Below are positions 36,586-46,760 of a DNA stretch of 64,000 bases, in pieces. Within the stretch, counting starts at the first letter, position 1, and each line of letters begins with the position of its first letter. Below the pieces are notes generated by a model, which was given only the letters and a program-made list of their open reading frames with translations, was not told the origin of the DNA and searched no databases. A program made the position numbers and the translations under genes. This DNA comes from Curvularia clavata (taxonomy: Eukaryota): contig CP089274.1 in the NCBI GenBank assembly GCA_023920165.1, positions 3,720,001 to 3,784,000 on the forward strand. Reading direction: 5' to 3'.

Positions 36586-38460
36586 TTATATGCTCTTGAC
36601 TTCGGTATCCTCGAGTCCACCGTACATGTCCTTATCCTGATCGTCAATCTCTACGATCCTGTCAGGTTGTCCAAATAGCTCCCACTGCGATTCCACACTT
36701 TGAGTGACACTTTGACCGCTTACATTCTCCTTCCAAGTATTGTCAGCGTAGTATAGATGATGAAGCCTCCTTTGGTCCGGATCTCTTTTGGCCAACAAGG
36801 GATACAAATTTGCATGTCTTTGTGCAAACGGTGACCATGCAACCACGATCCCAACCACCAGAAAGAAGAAGACAAGCCCCAATTTGATGAAGATGTATAA
36901 TAGTAGTAGTGCTGTCGCTGCTATGAGTGCCCTGGTATACAGTGTGCCGAAGAAGATTGGCATAGGTTGCAAGTTCTCGACTTCCGAAGGATCCACGTAG
37001 ATATTCCCGAGTTGTTGTAATCGTTTCCTCACTGTTTCGATCACGTGGTCGTCTGGAAGAGCATGTAGATCTGAAAAAGCGTCGCTCATCGTGTTTGAGA
37101 CTCGAATGAATTGGAATAAGATATTGCAGAAGAACTGACAGTTGAAAGTGCTGACGCTGTATATGTCGCCCATGCATTTGCGCGCAACCTCAGCTGGATA
37201 GTGTTAGTAAAAATACGAATTAACGAGGCTACAACAGGCGCTCAAACTGTGTTATGGCAGATGTCTGGCGCTTGAGATCTTAAAGTATACAGAGCCTATG
37301 AGTTGCGGATGCTTGAACATACCTGATGCTGAGATCTCATCATTACTCATAGACGTGTATCCAACCAGCATCTTATGGGAAGACTCTGGGTAGTATCGCA
37401 GGTTCTTGTCGATCTTAATTCGCCCTTCAACCACGCCTAGCTCCCAGATGGCAGATGTATTGCCTCTTCCCACTACAAGGGCCCAATGTTGGCAAGAGAC
37501 TGGAACATAGCGTGCCGTAGCTTGTATGATACCCGCTGTACCGCTGTTACGTTCTTGGGTTTCCTTCCTTCGGTATTGCCAAGGATTCCTTTCAGATGCA
37601 TTCACTGGCCGTGTAGCGACGTAAATATTTCTGAGATACGGTGCAGGGACTAGCCGTGCGGGTACTCTGAGTCGTGTCATCGTCACCCGCTGTCCCAATT
37701 CACTGTAGAATTTCTCGATGTTCCGCCACTCCTCACCACCAGGTTTCCACTCGGCGTGTTGCCCAATGTGTATCTGCCATGCAATTCGTTCGACCTCCTT
37801 CTGAAGATGAGGGATAAGAATTCTGTCGTCGAATTCTATCCATATACTACAACGTTTGGAAGATCTCTCTGCTGTTCGGAATAGTCTCAGAATCCTTTTG
37901 ACTATCTTCGCAAAAAGTTAAATGGTTGTGGCATACCCAGCCATAAATTCTTGTGCACTTTGATCCTCTTTCTCAATATTCTTGTGTTCGTCTTTAATGA
38001 AACAGGCGATTGTGTTGAACAGCTTTAAGATATTCTTGCTTTTCTTTATCCGCTCGGACACTTCGCTCGCATTATCTATGGTACCACTAGTACACTTCTG
38101 CGTAAGCCTACTGCGGCATATCTTTGACTTCGTTTCTGGACGTACCTGTGTACCTTGGATATCTGCACTCAACACAATACTCGTCAGTAACTGATTACAT
38201 GTCGGTAAATGATATGTCTTACCAGTTGAACGACCTCCGTTATAGTTATAGTCGGGGTTTCACAATTGATACTCATATTGTCCAAGCGATCTTGTTCTCT
38301 GACCAGGTCAGTCGGATAATTACCCGAAAGTGGATGGGTACGCAGTACTCGGGGCTGCAGAATTTGGTCGAGTTGAAAGGGTGTTGATATTCTGATCGCT
38401 GCTTTTTTAGCATTGTCTGTGTTGTCGGTGTTGCCGGAGTCGTGAGTGGCTTGTTGTCTA
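36586..38460 (-). CDS. Multi-exon hypothetical protein with a permuted papain-like (PPPDE/LRAT-type) His/Cys motif and C-terminal TM helices; 5' end and integrity uncertain
   Basis: QHWALVVG...IWEL...VGYT and, after intron 37194-37322, YSVSTFNCQFFCNIL, then a hydrophobic TM stretch; canonical upstream introns at 38163-38222 and about 38087-38145; in-frame TAA at 37918-37920 may be intronic or premature. Confidence 0.55.
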
Positions 38461-39177
38461 AAGTCTATCGCGCTACTATATTGTAGGGTAGAAGGAACTA
38501 GAAGATCGACGTGCGCACACAGAGATTGTATGACCTAAAAGTGAGTATGGGTCAAGGCGAATACTTTCAGAATAGCTTATGTGCAAAGGTGTGCGGAGTC
38601 TTGAATAAAAGGACTTGTTGGTGTCGAGTAGAGTTAGTTAGATCAACAAGATTCAAGACAAGACGAGCCATCTAGTAGTGCAGTCGAGATAGTTCATATG
38701 GTTACACAGGTGGCTGGAGAAGGCTATGTCGATGATGGTGCGGGGCTGTGCAGGTGACAATGCAGGGTTGTATGCATGAAGCATTTCGTCTCTTAACCAG
38801 GCGCTTCCTTGAAGCAGCTACAGTTCTGGGGATTTAATCTGTTTCGCAGTATAGAGGAAGGATTCAATTATACTGTCGGTTCTTATCGTGTCTCTGTATT
38901 GCTTTCGTCGGTCTGGGTGAAACAATAGATGGCAAACATTCTGGGCCTCTGGCGCAAGAGGCTGCGTTTGGCGAGACATTACTAGTACGCAGCCGCATCA
39001 CAGCCACATCGGTGGCGGTCGACAACAAGACGTGCAGAGAGTCCTCCGGCGCTTAAATAGAGCCTGCGAAGCACACGTGCTATTGTTTACGGCTGACGCA
39101 GGAGCGCTGGAAGCCGCACTTCATCTCTGCTAGTACGCCAGCTCATCCATTTCCGACAGTGTCAGCATATCACAAAC

Positions 39178-39902
39178 ATGGTCATGTGCTCCTTCCCAAG
39201 CTTTTACATCTACTCAGGCAGAGGATCACTCCAGAAGTCTTTGCCTGCCTGGGATGAAAGTGGCCAGGCCCAAGCAAATAATGTCGATCCAATCTTTGCT
39301 TGGACAAAGGCTAGGACATCAGAGTTGGATGTCATCAACATTACGGTACGCTATCTGTGTGTTTACTCTTTGCCCCATATTTATACTGAACTGCTATAGA
39401 GTGCACTAATAGCTGGTGTTATAAGTGGTGTTTTTTCCTGGCCAACAGTTGAAGCTGCGCCGTGGACATCAAAAGCATGTTTTTATTCTGCCCTCATTCT
39501 GGCTCTCACAGCGATCTTCACGGGCTCACAACAAAGCATCGCCCTACACAGAATCGGGCAAAGCAGTGCGAAAAAGCTTCGAAAACACCTGAATGAAAGG
39601 AAAGATGTAGGCTTCGTCGCGTATATTTGGCAGCTCCCAGTAATGTTGCTCAATATCAGCATTTGGATGCTTCTTCTCGGACTAGCAATTCTGATATGGG
39701 ACCGTGCAGCTTCATCAAAGATCTGGGGAGGAGATACAAAGGTAGTTCTTGTTCCTAGCCCTCTTTCAAACCTAATGCGTGAATACTAACGTGTATGAAG
39801 ACAGCATTTGTGGCCACTTTAGCTGCTATATTTGCGTTAGCAAACTACATACTGGGGTCTATGTTTATCTGGCGTTTGAATAGTTTTCTGTATAAAGATT
39901 AA
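39178..39902 (+). CDS. Small hypothetical membrane protein with about 4 TM segments
   Basis: Exons 39178-39345, 39400-39741 and 39801-39902 splice in frame: ...ELDVINIT|SALIAGVISGVFSWP...KACFYSALILALTAIF...YIWQLPVMLLNISIWMLLLGLAILIW...DTK|TAFVATLAAIFALANYILGSMFIW. Mostly missed by the ORF track. Confidence 0.75.
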
Positions 39903-40148
39903 CCTCAGCACACATAGTAATACTTGACTTCGCTGTTTCAACACCTTTGATAAGCTTTATTTGCGACTCACGTTTACATATCACAGCATTCATCAAATTT
40001 GTTTTGGTTATAATCTTTGGATCCATTGATTGGTATCATTACGAATTAACACTCTATTCCTTATTCCGCCTCATCTTCAATAATCATACAACATCTGACT
40101 AAAAACAGCCTATAAGCCTTTTTGCATTACACCGATCATTCTCATCAT

Positions 40149-41693
40149 TTAACCAGCCTGGTACAGACCAAGAGCAACAACATGAGGGTTAATCATGCTG
40201 AGGTTGAAGGGAGTCAGGTACGGGTCCGAGTCGGTAATGGCGACAAACATGGTGTCGTTGGCAGCTGGGTCACCCTGGTAGACCTCACTGGCAGGCTGGT
40301 AGGTGTATCCAGTGTTGTTACCAGTAATCTCCAGAGGAGTGTAGGTGAGGTTGAGTTGTGAAACCCAAGCGACAAAGGCAGGGGCGCCGGCAACGGTGTC
40401 GGTGATGTAGGACATGTTGGGGCCAACAGGCTTGCCAGGGTTCTCCCAGGTGAGGTTGACAAGGCGGCCAGGGAAGGAAAGAGGCTCGCTGCGGTTGCGG
40501 GCGATAGCAGGTCCGCAGGAGTAGCCAGGGTGCTCGGTGCCGTTGATGTTTACACAGCTCTCATCGGCAGAGATGGTAGAATCGGCGGGGTCAGAGACAC
40601 GGTTGCCAGCAACCTCGTGGGGCTTGGTGTCGTTGGGAGAAAAGCGGTTGGGGTTGGGCTGGTTGTCGATGAACAGAGCTGGGAAGTTCTGCCACGCAAG
40701 ACGGGTAGTGTTGGCCGGGCAAGAACTGATGTACGGGGCCAGGAAGGTCCACTGCCAGGACTGAGGAATACCAGTCTCGAACCAGACGGGCATGGGTGGA
40801 AGACCCATCATCTGACGGAAGGAGATTTGCTGGCGGGCCTCGGTGGCGATGGACTGGGACAAGAGGTTGGCAACCTCACGCGAGTCAAGGTGAGCGAGGA
40901 AACCCCAGACACCAGATTCACCCCAGCGAGTGACCTTCATGTTGAAGTCGAGGAATTCACGAACAGTGCGGAAGGGGTAGTCATAGGTGCACTGAGGAGG
41001 AGCAGTCTCGCCGAGCATGTTGGTGAGGAGAGTAGCATGGCCAGTCTCCTGGATAGCCATGAAGGCAATGTAGGCGCGGTCCTCAGCAGTGAGACCAGCA
41101 TCGAGGAAGTCTTGCTCAGAGAAGACGGCAAGACCGTTGTTGAACAGATCAAGCTCAATCCATTCCTGGTACAGACCAAGAGTAATGGACTCGTAGTCAA
41201 AGTCGCTCTCTACCATGTAGCGAGGTAGAGTGCCGTTGGTGCCAAGACCACCAGCGGGCATGTAAGGAATGGGCATGGGGTTCTGGGGCTTGCCATTGGT
41301 GTTGTAGTAAGTGGCGGTTGGGTTTGGTCCCAGAGGGGGAATGACTGTGCCAATGGTGGTAGGGGCCTTTTCAGCTCCGGTAGTAGTAGGGGTACCGGAG
41401 TAGGGGCCATGGCTGGTGGCACCAGTTACATCGGAGCTCCTTCGGGGAGGAGCCGAGCCAGCTGTGGTGGGAATGGCCTACGAAACAATTAATTCAATTT
41501 CATGGCTGGTCTCATCTGATGTACTTACAGGAACCTGGGAGTCAGGACCAAATACCGAAGCTGGAGTGGCAGCTGGGTCAAAGGTGACAGAGAAGCTGGC
41601 ATCGGCATCGGTGTAGCCTGGCACTTGTGGCTTGGGAGCAGCCGCAGCGCATGCCGCAAGCACAGAGGTGGCGAGGAGGCTCTTGGTCAACAT
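40149..41693 (-). CDS. Rds1-like ferritin-like-domain stress protein with signal peptide
   Basis: Signal peptide MLTKSLLATSVLAACAAA; intron 41478-41528; LGLYQEWIELDLF, QETGHAT, RWGESGVWG, IATEARQQ..FRQ. Confidence 0.85.
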
Positions 41694-42786
41694 ATTGAAA
41701 AGAGTTGTCTGTTCGTAATGTTGTGCGGTCTGAAAGTAGGAGAACCTGCAGTGTAATATATACAGACACTGGGCATGAGTGACGGCATCACTGAGACGCA
41801 ATTTGCAAACCTCACTGTCAATGACACCAAGGCATATCGACTAAAACAGTTAAGCACACCATGATTTCATGACTGGGTAGATGCGGCAGTGAATGCCGGA
41901 TTCGTAGGGGAATGGGCATCTGCATCGACTTGTTGAAAATGCCATCGGGCGTTGGTGGCGAGCAAATCAAACGCGGGTACCGACGAAGATCTGACGCCCC
42001 ATGCTTTTGATGTCTGCAAAAAAAGTTGTCAGTGCAGCGCGAAGACGTGGACATCGGAGTGGAACTGCAGCATTTGCCGGGTGCTAAGAATGTGACGACG
42101 TGATGACATGGTGGATCTATCGAACTTTTGAGCCGCTAGTGTATGCGCCCCGCAAAATGGGTCAACAGCCACAGCGGACAACCCCGGGCGGTTTGGTTTC
42201 CAAGACGTTAAACATCTTTTTTAGGAGTAGTACAACGCTTAACCCTACTCCGTGTCTATAATGTATGCTGAGAAATCAGGCACCGTTCCAGCCAAAAAGA
42301 CTCCGCGGAGACGCTGGCTCGGCGCTCCAGTATTTCTCGCTTTACCCACACCCATCGTCATCGGCCAGATCACCTAATAACCAGCATGCAAGGTACGTGT
42401 GCGGACAAATCTCCGCTTGGCTGCCCGTCTATGCGACCATGGCATGGGAGGGCCGCCCCAGTCCAGTCTGTGTGCGTACGTATGCGTATGGGGATCGAGA
42501 TATTGTGGCTCCGACCAAAAGAAAGTAACGGACAAACAGTATACATGCGAGCGGTGCGAGCAACAAGCATTCTGACACTCGGATACATAATCGTCGCCTT
42601 GGCTCAGCACAAACATGACGTTACTTGTACGACGTTTCTGCCGATGTTTGGCGGACGGGGAACATGGTCACAGACGACAAGGCTATTGGAGAGAAATCCT
42701 GCCAAACCATGCATGCCCACATCGCTACGATAACGTGGGCGAGCATGGATGCATTGCCTGCATTTCTTTCATTCGTTATACCTGAA

Positions 42787-44793
42787 TCATTTTGCACGTG
42801 CCATCGGGCCCCAGTTCTCGCGTGGAGCAAGCTGGTAGCGGACATATTTGCCCCGGTCATGGTCCTTGCCCAGCTTCTCGTCAAAATTGACCTCGAACTT
42901 GGTGTCGAGGTAGGCCGGCACCTGTTCTGTCCCGGCTGTCTCTGACCGATCAGTATTCATTTCTGCATTGTTTGGCAATGCCGGCTCCGCAGCTGCGCTT
43001 CTGGTATAGCCGCTTCCATTGGCCTTTTCCATAATCGCATGGCCCGCACTTCCCTTTTTGAGCGTGTTCTTGAGCGGCGCCCGTTGCCGCACCCATTCGA
43101 GCATAATGTGCCAAATGTCTTTCCACGACGCATCCGTTTTGATCGATCCGGGCTTACAATGGCTCATCGTCACCCTGAATCCCGCATGCCGTAGTGCACC
43201 ACGCAGTGCAGCTAATGGTGGTGCTGAGCAGTGGACTACTTTGGCAACAGAACTCGGTATGAAGAAGAAGGGATGGTGGTCTATCTCTGCAGGGTCGGCC
43301 TTGGGAATAAGCGGATCGAGAACCTCTGTCCTTTGTGCGCCATTCTTTTCCAGCTTGACTCCAAACGTAATTTCCTCCAGAGCCGTGTGCAGCATGCCCT
43401 CTATGCGGTCCATGGTCGGGTACGTCTGCCTGTCAACCTCGTTCAGCTGTGCTAGTACCCTTTCGACAAAGCCCACGTTGTGCAGTGGGCCACCATACAT
43501 CGGTCCCGAGAGGTGGGTCTTATGGCCGCAATGTTCGCAGTGTTGGTCCGCGGACGGCCCCTGAGCGAAGCCATGCTTATACATTGGGTCGCCGTTCTTG
43601 TTCTTGGTCACCTTGTTTCGTGCAAGAAACTGCGTAGTCCAGGCGCCACAGCCGCTTTCGCAATGGTACACGATCATCGTCTTGCCAGCAAGCAGCTTTA
43701 CGTCGTTGGGCGCTTTTCGCACCCGCACAAACACTCGGATGTAGTAGTCGATGGACAGAGAGAGGAGCGGTTCAATTGCCATGCCGTATCGAGCAGCCGA
43801 AGATGCGATGGCATGTAGGATTAAACGCAGTCCACCCTCATGGCACGGTTCCCCCTTGAACGGCAAGCCGCCATATTGCGAGTACGTCTTTTCCAAGTAG
43901 CCATGGGACGCGAAGATGGCAGAGTCAGTACAGGTGACGCAGAGCAGTCCGTCGTCGTTGATGGCCTGAATGGCGGCATCGATGAACGGGGCTGCGGTGC
44001 CGTACGGATCCAGGTCAATAACATCATAGCCTTTCTTGTCGCAGAAGCTATACATGTAGGCGATAGCGTTGCCTGTATTGGCTGTGATGGTGTCTTCCAG
44101 CCTGTTGTGCTTGACGTTGAGCTTGATCGAGTCTACTGCGTTTTGGGACATGTCGTTTGCAGTGACGGCGGTCGCAAAGGGAATTTCTTGAGCGTATCGA
44201 AGCGCGCGAAGGCCGGTCGCAGAGAGTGCGTCGAGGATGCTGAAGGGCGGCTTCCATGAAGTCTTCCCTCCGTCGTGAGCCTCTTCCTCGTTGCCCTGGT
44301 CTTCAGCACACTTTTGCTTCTTGGAAGGACCCGTATCACTCTGCATTTCGTGGTCCGCAAGCTTCCTCTTCTTGGTCGCCTCCTCCTCAGCACTCGAGTT
44401 TTCGGGTGCTTCTGAGACAGGATCCGCTACCTCTCCTGCTGCACGATTCGCATGCGCCCGCTGTTTCTTCCGCTCGTTCCTCTTCTTGAACCGCTCATGC
44501 TTGTCCAATTTTCGCCGTATGGAATCCTCGCCAAAGGTCTTGATCGCCAACACACTCAGATCGCGATTGAACTGCTGGATAGGATTGTAGAAGACCTGCT
44601 GTTTCTGCGTATCCTCTTTGGACAGCTTAGGGTCGGTCGAAGTAGGAACGCCATGCGGAACCAGGATATGCGCCAGGCCTTCTTTGATGGTGGTATACTC
44701 TTTTCCCTGGTGGGAGATATGCTGGCCGGCCTGGGGCGCCGCATCAATGGTCTGCGCAGTCGCGTCTGTCATGGGGACGTCGTTGGAGGCCAT
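42787..44793 (-). CDS. TRM1: tRNA (guanine-26-N2)-dimethyltransferase
   Basis: VFYNPIQQFNRDLS, ILDALSATGLRALRY, DVIDLDPYG, GLLCVTCTD, HEGGLR, Cys clusters, ENWGPMARA; single exon. Confidence 0.95.
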   Translation of the reverse strand: MASNDVPMTDATAQTIDAAPQAGQHISHQGKEYTTIKEGLAHILVPHGVPTSTDPKLSKEDTQKQQVFYNPIQQFNRDLSVLAIKTFGEDSIRRKLDKHERFKKRNERKKQRAHANRAAGEVADPVSEAPENSSAEEEATKKRKLADHEMQSDTGPSKKQKCAEDQGNEEEAHDGGKTSWKPPFSILDALSATGLRALRYAQEIPFATAVTANDMSQNAVDSIKLNVKHNRLEDTITANTGNAIAYMYSFCDKKGYDVIDLDPYGTAAPFIDAAIQAINDDGLLCVTCTDSAIFASHGYLEKTYSQYGGLPFKGEPCHEGGLRLILHAIASSAARYGMAIEPLLSLSIDYYIRVFVRVRKAPNDVKLLAGKTMIVYHCESGCGAWTTQFLARNKVTKNKNGDPMYKHGFAQGPSADQHCEHCGHKTHLSGPMYGGPLHNVGFVERVLAQLNEVDRQTYPTMDRIEGMLHTALEEITFGVKLEKNGAQRTEVLDPLIPKADPAEIDHHPFFFIPSSVAKVVHCSAPPLAALRGALRHAGFRVTMSHCKPGSIKTDASWKDIWHIMLEWVRQRAPLKNTLKKGSAGHAIMEKANGSGYTRSAAAEPALPNNAEMNTDRSETAGTEQVPAYLDTKFEVNFDEKLGKDHDRGKYVRYQLAPRENWGPMARAK

Positions 44794-45381
44794 GATGAGT
44801 GTGGTGTGAAATGCGCGAAGAAAAGAACTACCGGTGGCCCATGCTCTATGGAGGGTGATGGGATGGGTGCGCAATCCACATATACGGCGGATCCAGGGCG
44901 TTGCAGAGGCCAGCTTTGGATTCGAGGGCGCAGTCCGGGCAGGTGAATGACTGGATGTGTGCTTGGCTGGGCTTTGGTCGCGTCGAGCTCCAAAATTTTG
45001 GCTTCGGAGTTAAGCTCCACTAGCCCGACGCTTCCCCACCACGGTGCATGTCGCGATGCCCATCTCGAGTAACGCCTGGCTGTCATGTGAAAGCGTGTCG
45101 TCGTCTGCCAGCACAGAACAGCCTCTGGTCGCTATCGTCAAGCCATGGAATGCGAGTGGCAGAAGCAAACGCTTGGCGTTTATCAGAATCCTTCGCACTC
45201 CAATATGTCAGCGGCTGCCTAAATATGGCGCGGCGCTGTGGCGTTTTGCTGCGCCCGCCTGATACTGACAAGCGCGAGTATCATCTTCCCTTTTCTACCT
45301 CTCCACTCGCTGCTGTATTGGTTTCGATACACCTCTCTCGCTACATCTCCCTCGCTGTTTCGCTCATTCGTACACATCACA

Positions 45382-46656
45382 ATGGGCAGGCCTACCCATC
45401 CTCCGCCCAGCTACAGCGACGACCCTGACGCCGTTTCGCTCCACACTACACCAGACGACTACGCCTACACCGACCTACCAGAGCCTTCTAGCCTGCCTCC
45501 CTCCTACACCGACAGCGAAGCCAGCAACAATGTCTCTGCTCCACAGATCCCCATCCGCCATGTCACGCCGCCCACAACCTGGACCGACCACAGCCGCCCC
45601 AGCTTCAAGAATGGCAAGCCCAGCGTAGTCGAAACCGTTAATGTCATGGAACGCGCGTACGATATCGATCCAGCAGACCTCGAAAAAGCCCTTCAGTCAT
45701 ACGCCAACACATCACCGGTGCCGCTCGTCTACATCATGGGCACGCACAAGGAGACCGTCAGGAAGAACGACAAGAAGGAGACGCAAGAAATCACAGACTT
45801 CCGCATCGTCCTCAATCTCCGCCGCTACATCCACCCCAACTTTGAAGAATCAAACGCCTCCACCATGTCTCTCACCACCGCCCCCAACAGCGAGAAAACC
45901 TACCGTGGCACCATTCTCAAACAGCGCGCGCCGGGCGTAAAACAAGACATTGAAATCAACAATGCACCACCACCCACGCTCACGGAATGGTGCCACCGAT
46001 ACTGTGCCTCCGCTCGTTCCCTCCGCATCTTTCGCCTTCGCCGCCAAGTCACCGGCTTCGACCAGACTTACGTGAAAAACCGCATCGAAGGCCTCATCCG
46101 CTCGACAAACTACCGCGGCACCATCAGCATCACTTTTCCCGTCGAGCAGAAAAACGTTGACATCTACAGCTGCACCCGCATCAACACTCTCCGCCTCAAG
46201 GCATGGGTGTGCTGGCTCTTCTATCTGACCTTTCTCTGGATCTTTTCCTGGCCGTTCCTCTTCTTCGCTACAAAACGTTACGCTATCGTGCGAGCCCAAT
46301 GGCCATTTTCGACTGTCGATGAGGTCGGGAATAAGTGGTATACGACTATCAGTGAGGAACAGTGGCTTGAGACGTGGCAGGTAGCGATTCGTCGACTCGC
46401 ACTTGACCGGTTTCAAGGCGAGGCAAGCGAGGAGATGATGCGGGGCGTCATGGAGAGGCCTGAGGATCCAAGGATGCCGGGCACCTTGCCGGAAACAGGA
46501 CATGCCGGTGTTGACGGGGCGTTGAGTATGTTGAGTGAGGGTGTGAGAGTTGCGCGGGCGATCTCCGGGAATAGGGGGCTGAATGTGAGTTTTGGAGGGG
46601 CGAATGTCAGTTTTGGGGCAGGAAATGCACAAGGCGGGTGGGGATATGATTGCTGA
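45382..46656 (+). CDS. Conserved-looking fungal hypothetical protein with PPxY motifs and one hydrophobic TM region
   Basis: 424-codon ORF from ATG 45382; PPSY x2; ITDFRI, EWCHRYC, TNYRG, WLFYLTFLWIFSWP, C-terminal GGWGYDC. Confidence 0.8.
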   Translation: MGRPTHPPPSYSDDPDAVSLHTTPDDYAYTDLPEPSSLPPSYTDSEASNNVSAPQIPIRHVTPPTTWTDHSRPSFKNGKPSVVETVNVMERAYDIDPADLEKALQSYANTSPVPLVYIMGTHKETVRKNDKKETQEITDFRIVLNLRRYIHPNFEESNASTMSLTTAPNSEKTYRGTILKQRAPGVKQDIEINNAPPPTLTEWCHRYCASARSLRIFRLRRQVTGFDQTYVKNRIEGLIRSTNYRGTISITFPVEQKNVDIYSCTRINTLRLKAWVCWLFYLTFLWIFSWPFLFFATKRYAIVRAQWPFSTVDEVGNKWYTTISEEQWLETWQVAIRRLALDRFQGEASEEMMRGVMERPEDPRMPGTLPETGHAGVDGALSMLSEGVRVARAISGNRGLNVSFGGANVSFGAGNAQGGWGYDC

Positions 46657-46760
46657 GTGACAGCGTAAGAGAGTTGTGTTATCTAAACAAGCGGCGGGGT
46701 GTTTTTCTTTTGCGAGTATCACTCAAATCCATTGTTTCTTCGTTAGCAAGAAAGAAACTC

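Noticed and set aside
40530..41228. 232-aa plus-strand ORF opposite the Rds1-like gene (similar ORFs at 27764-28399, 43019-43564 and within TOR)
   Set aside because: Antisense or alternative-frame shadows of well-supported genes.
45850..46722. 290-aa antisense ORF
   Set aside because: Shadow of the codon-biased plus-strand gene; no recognisable motifs.
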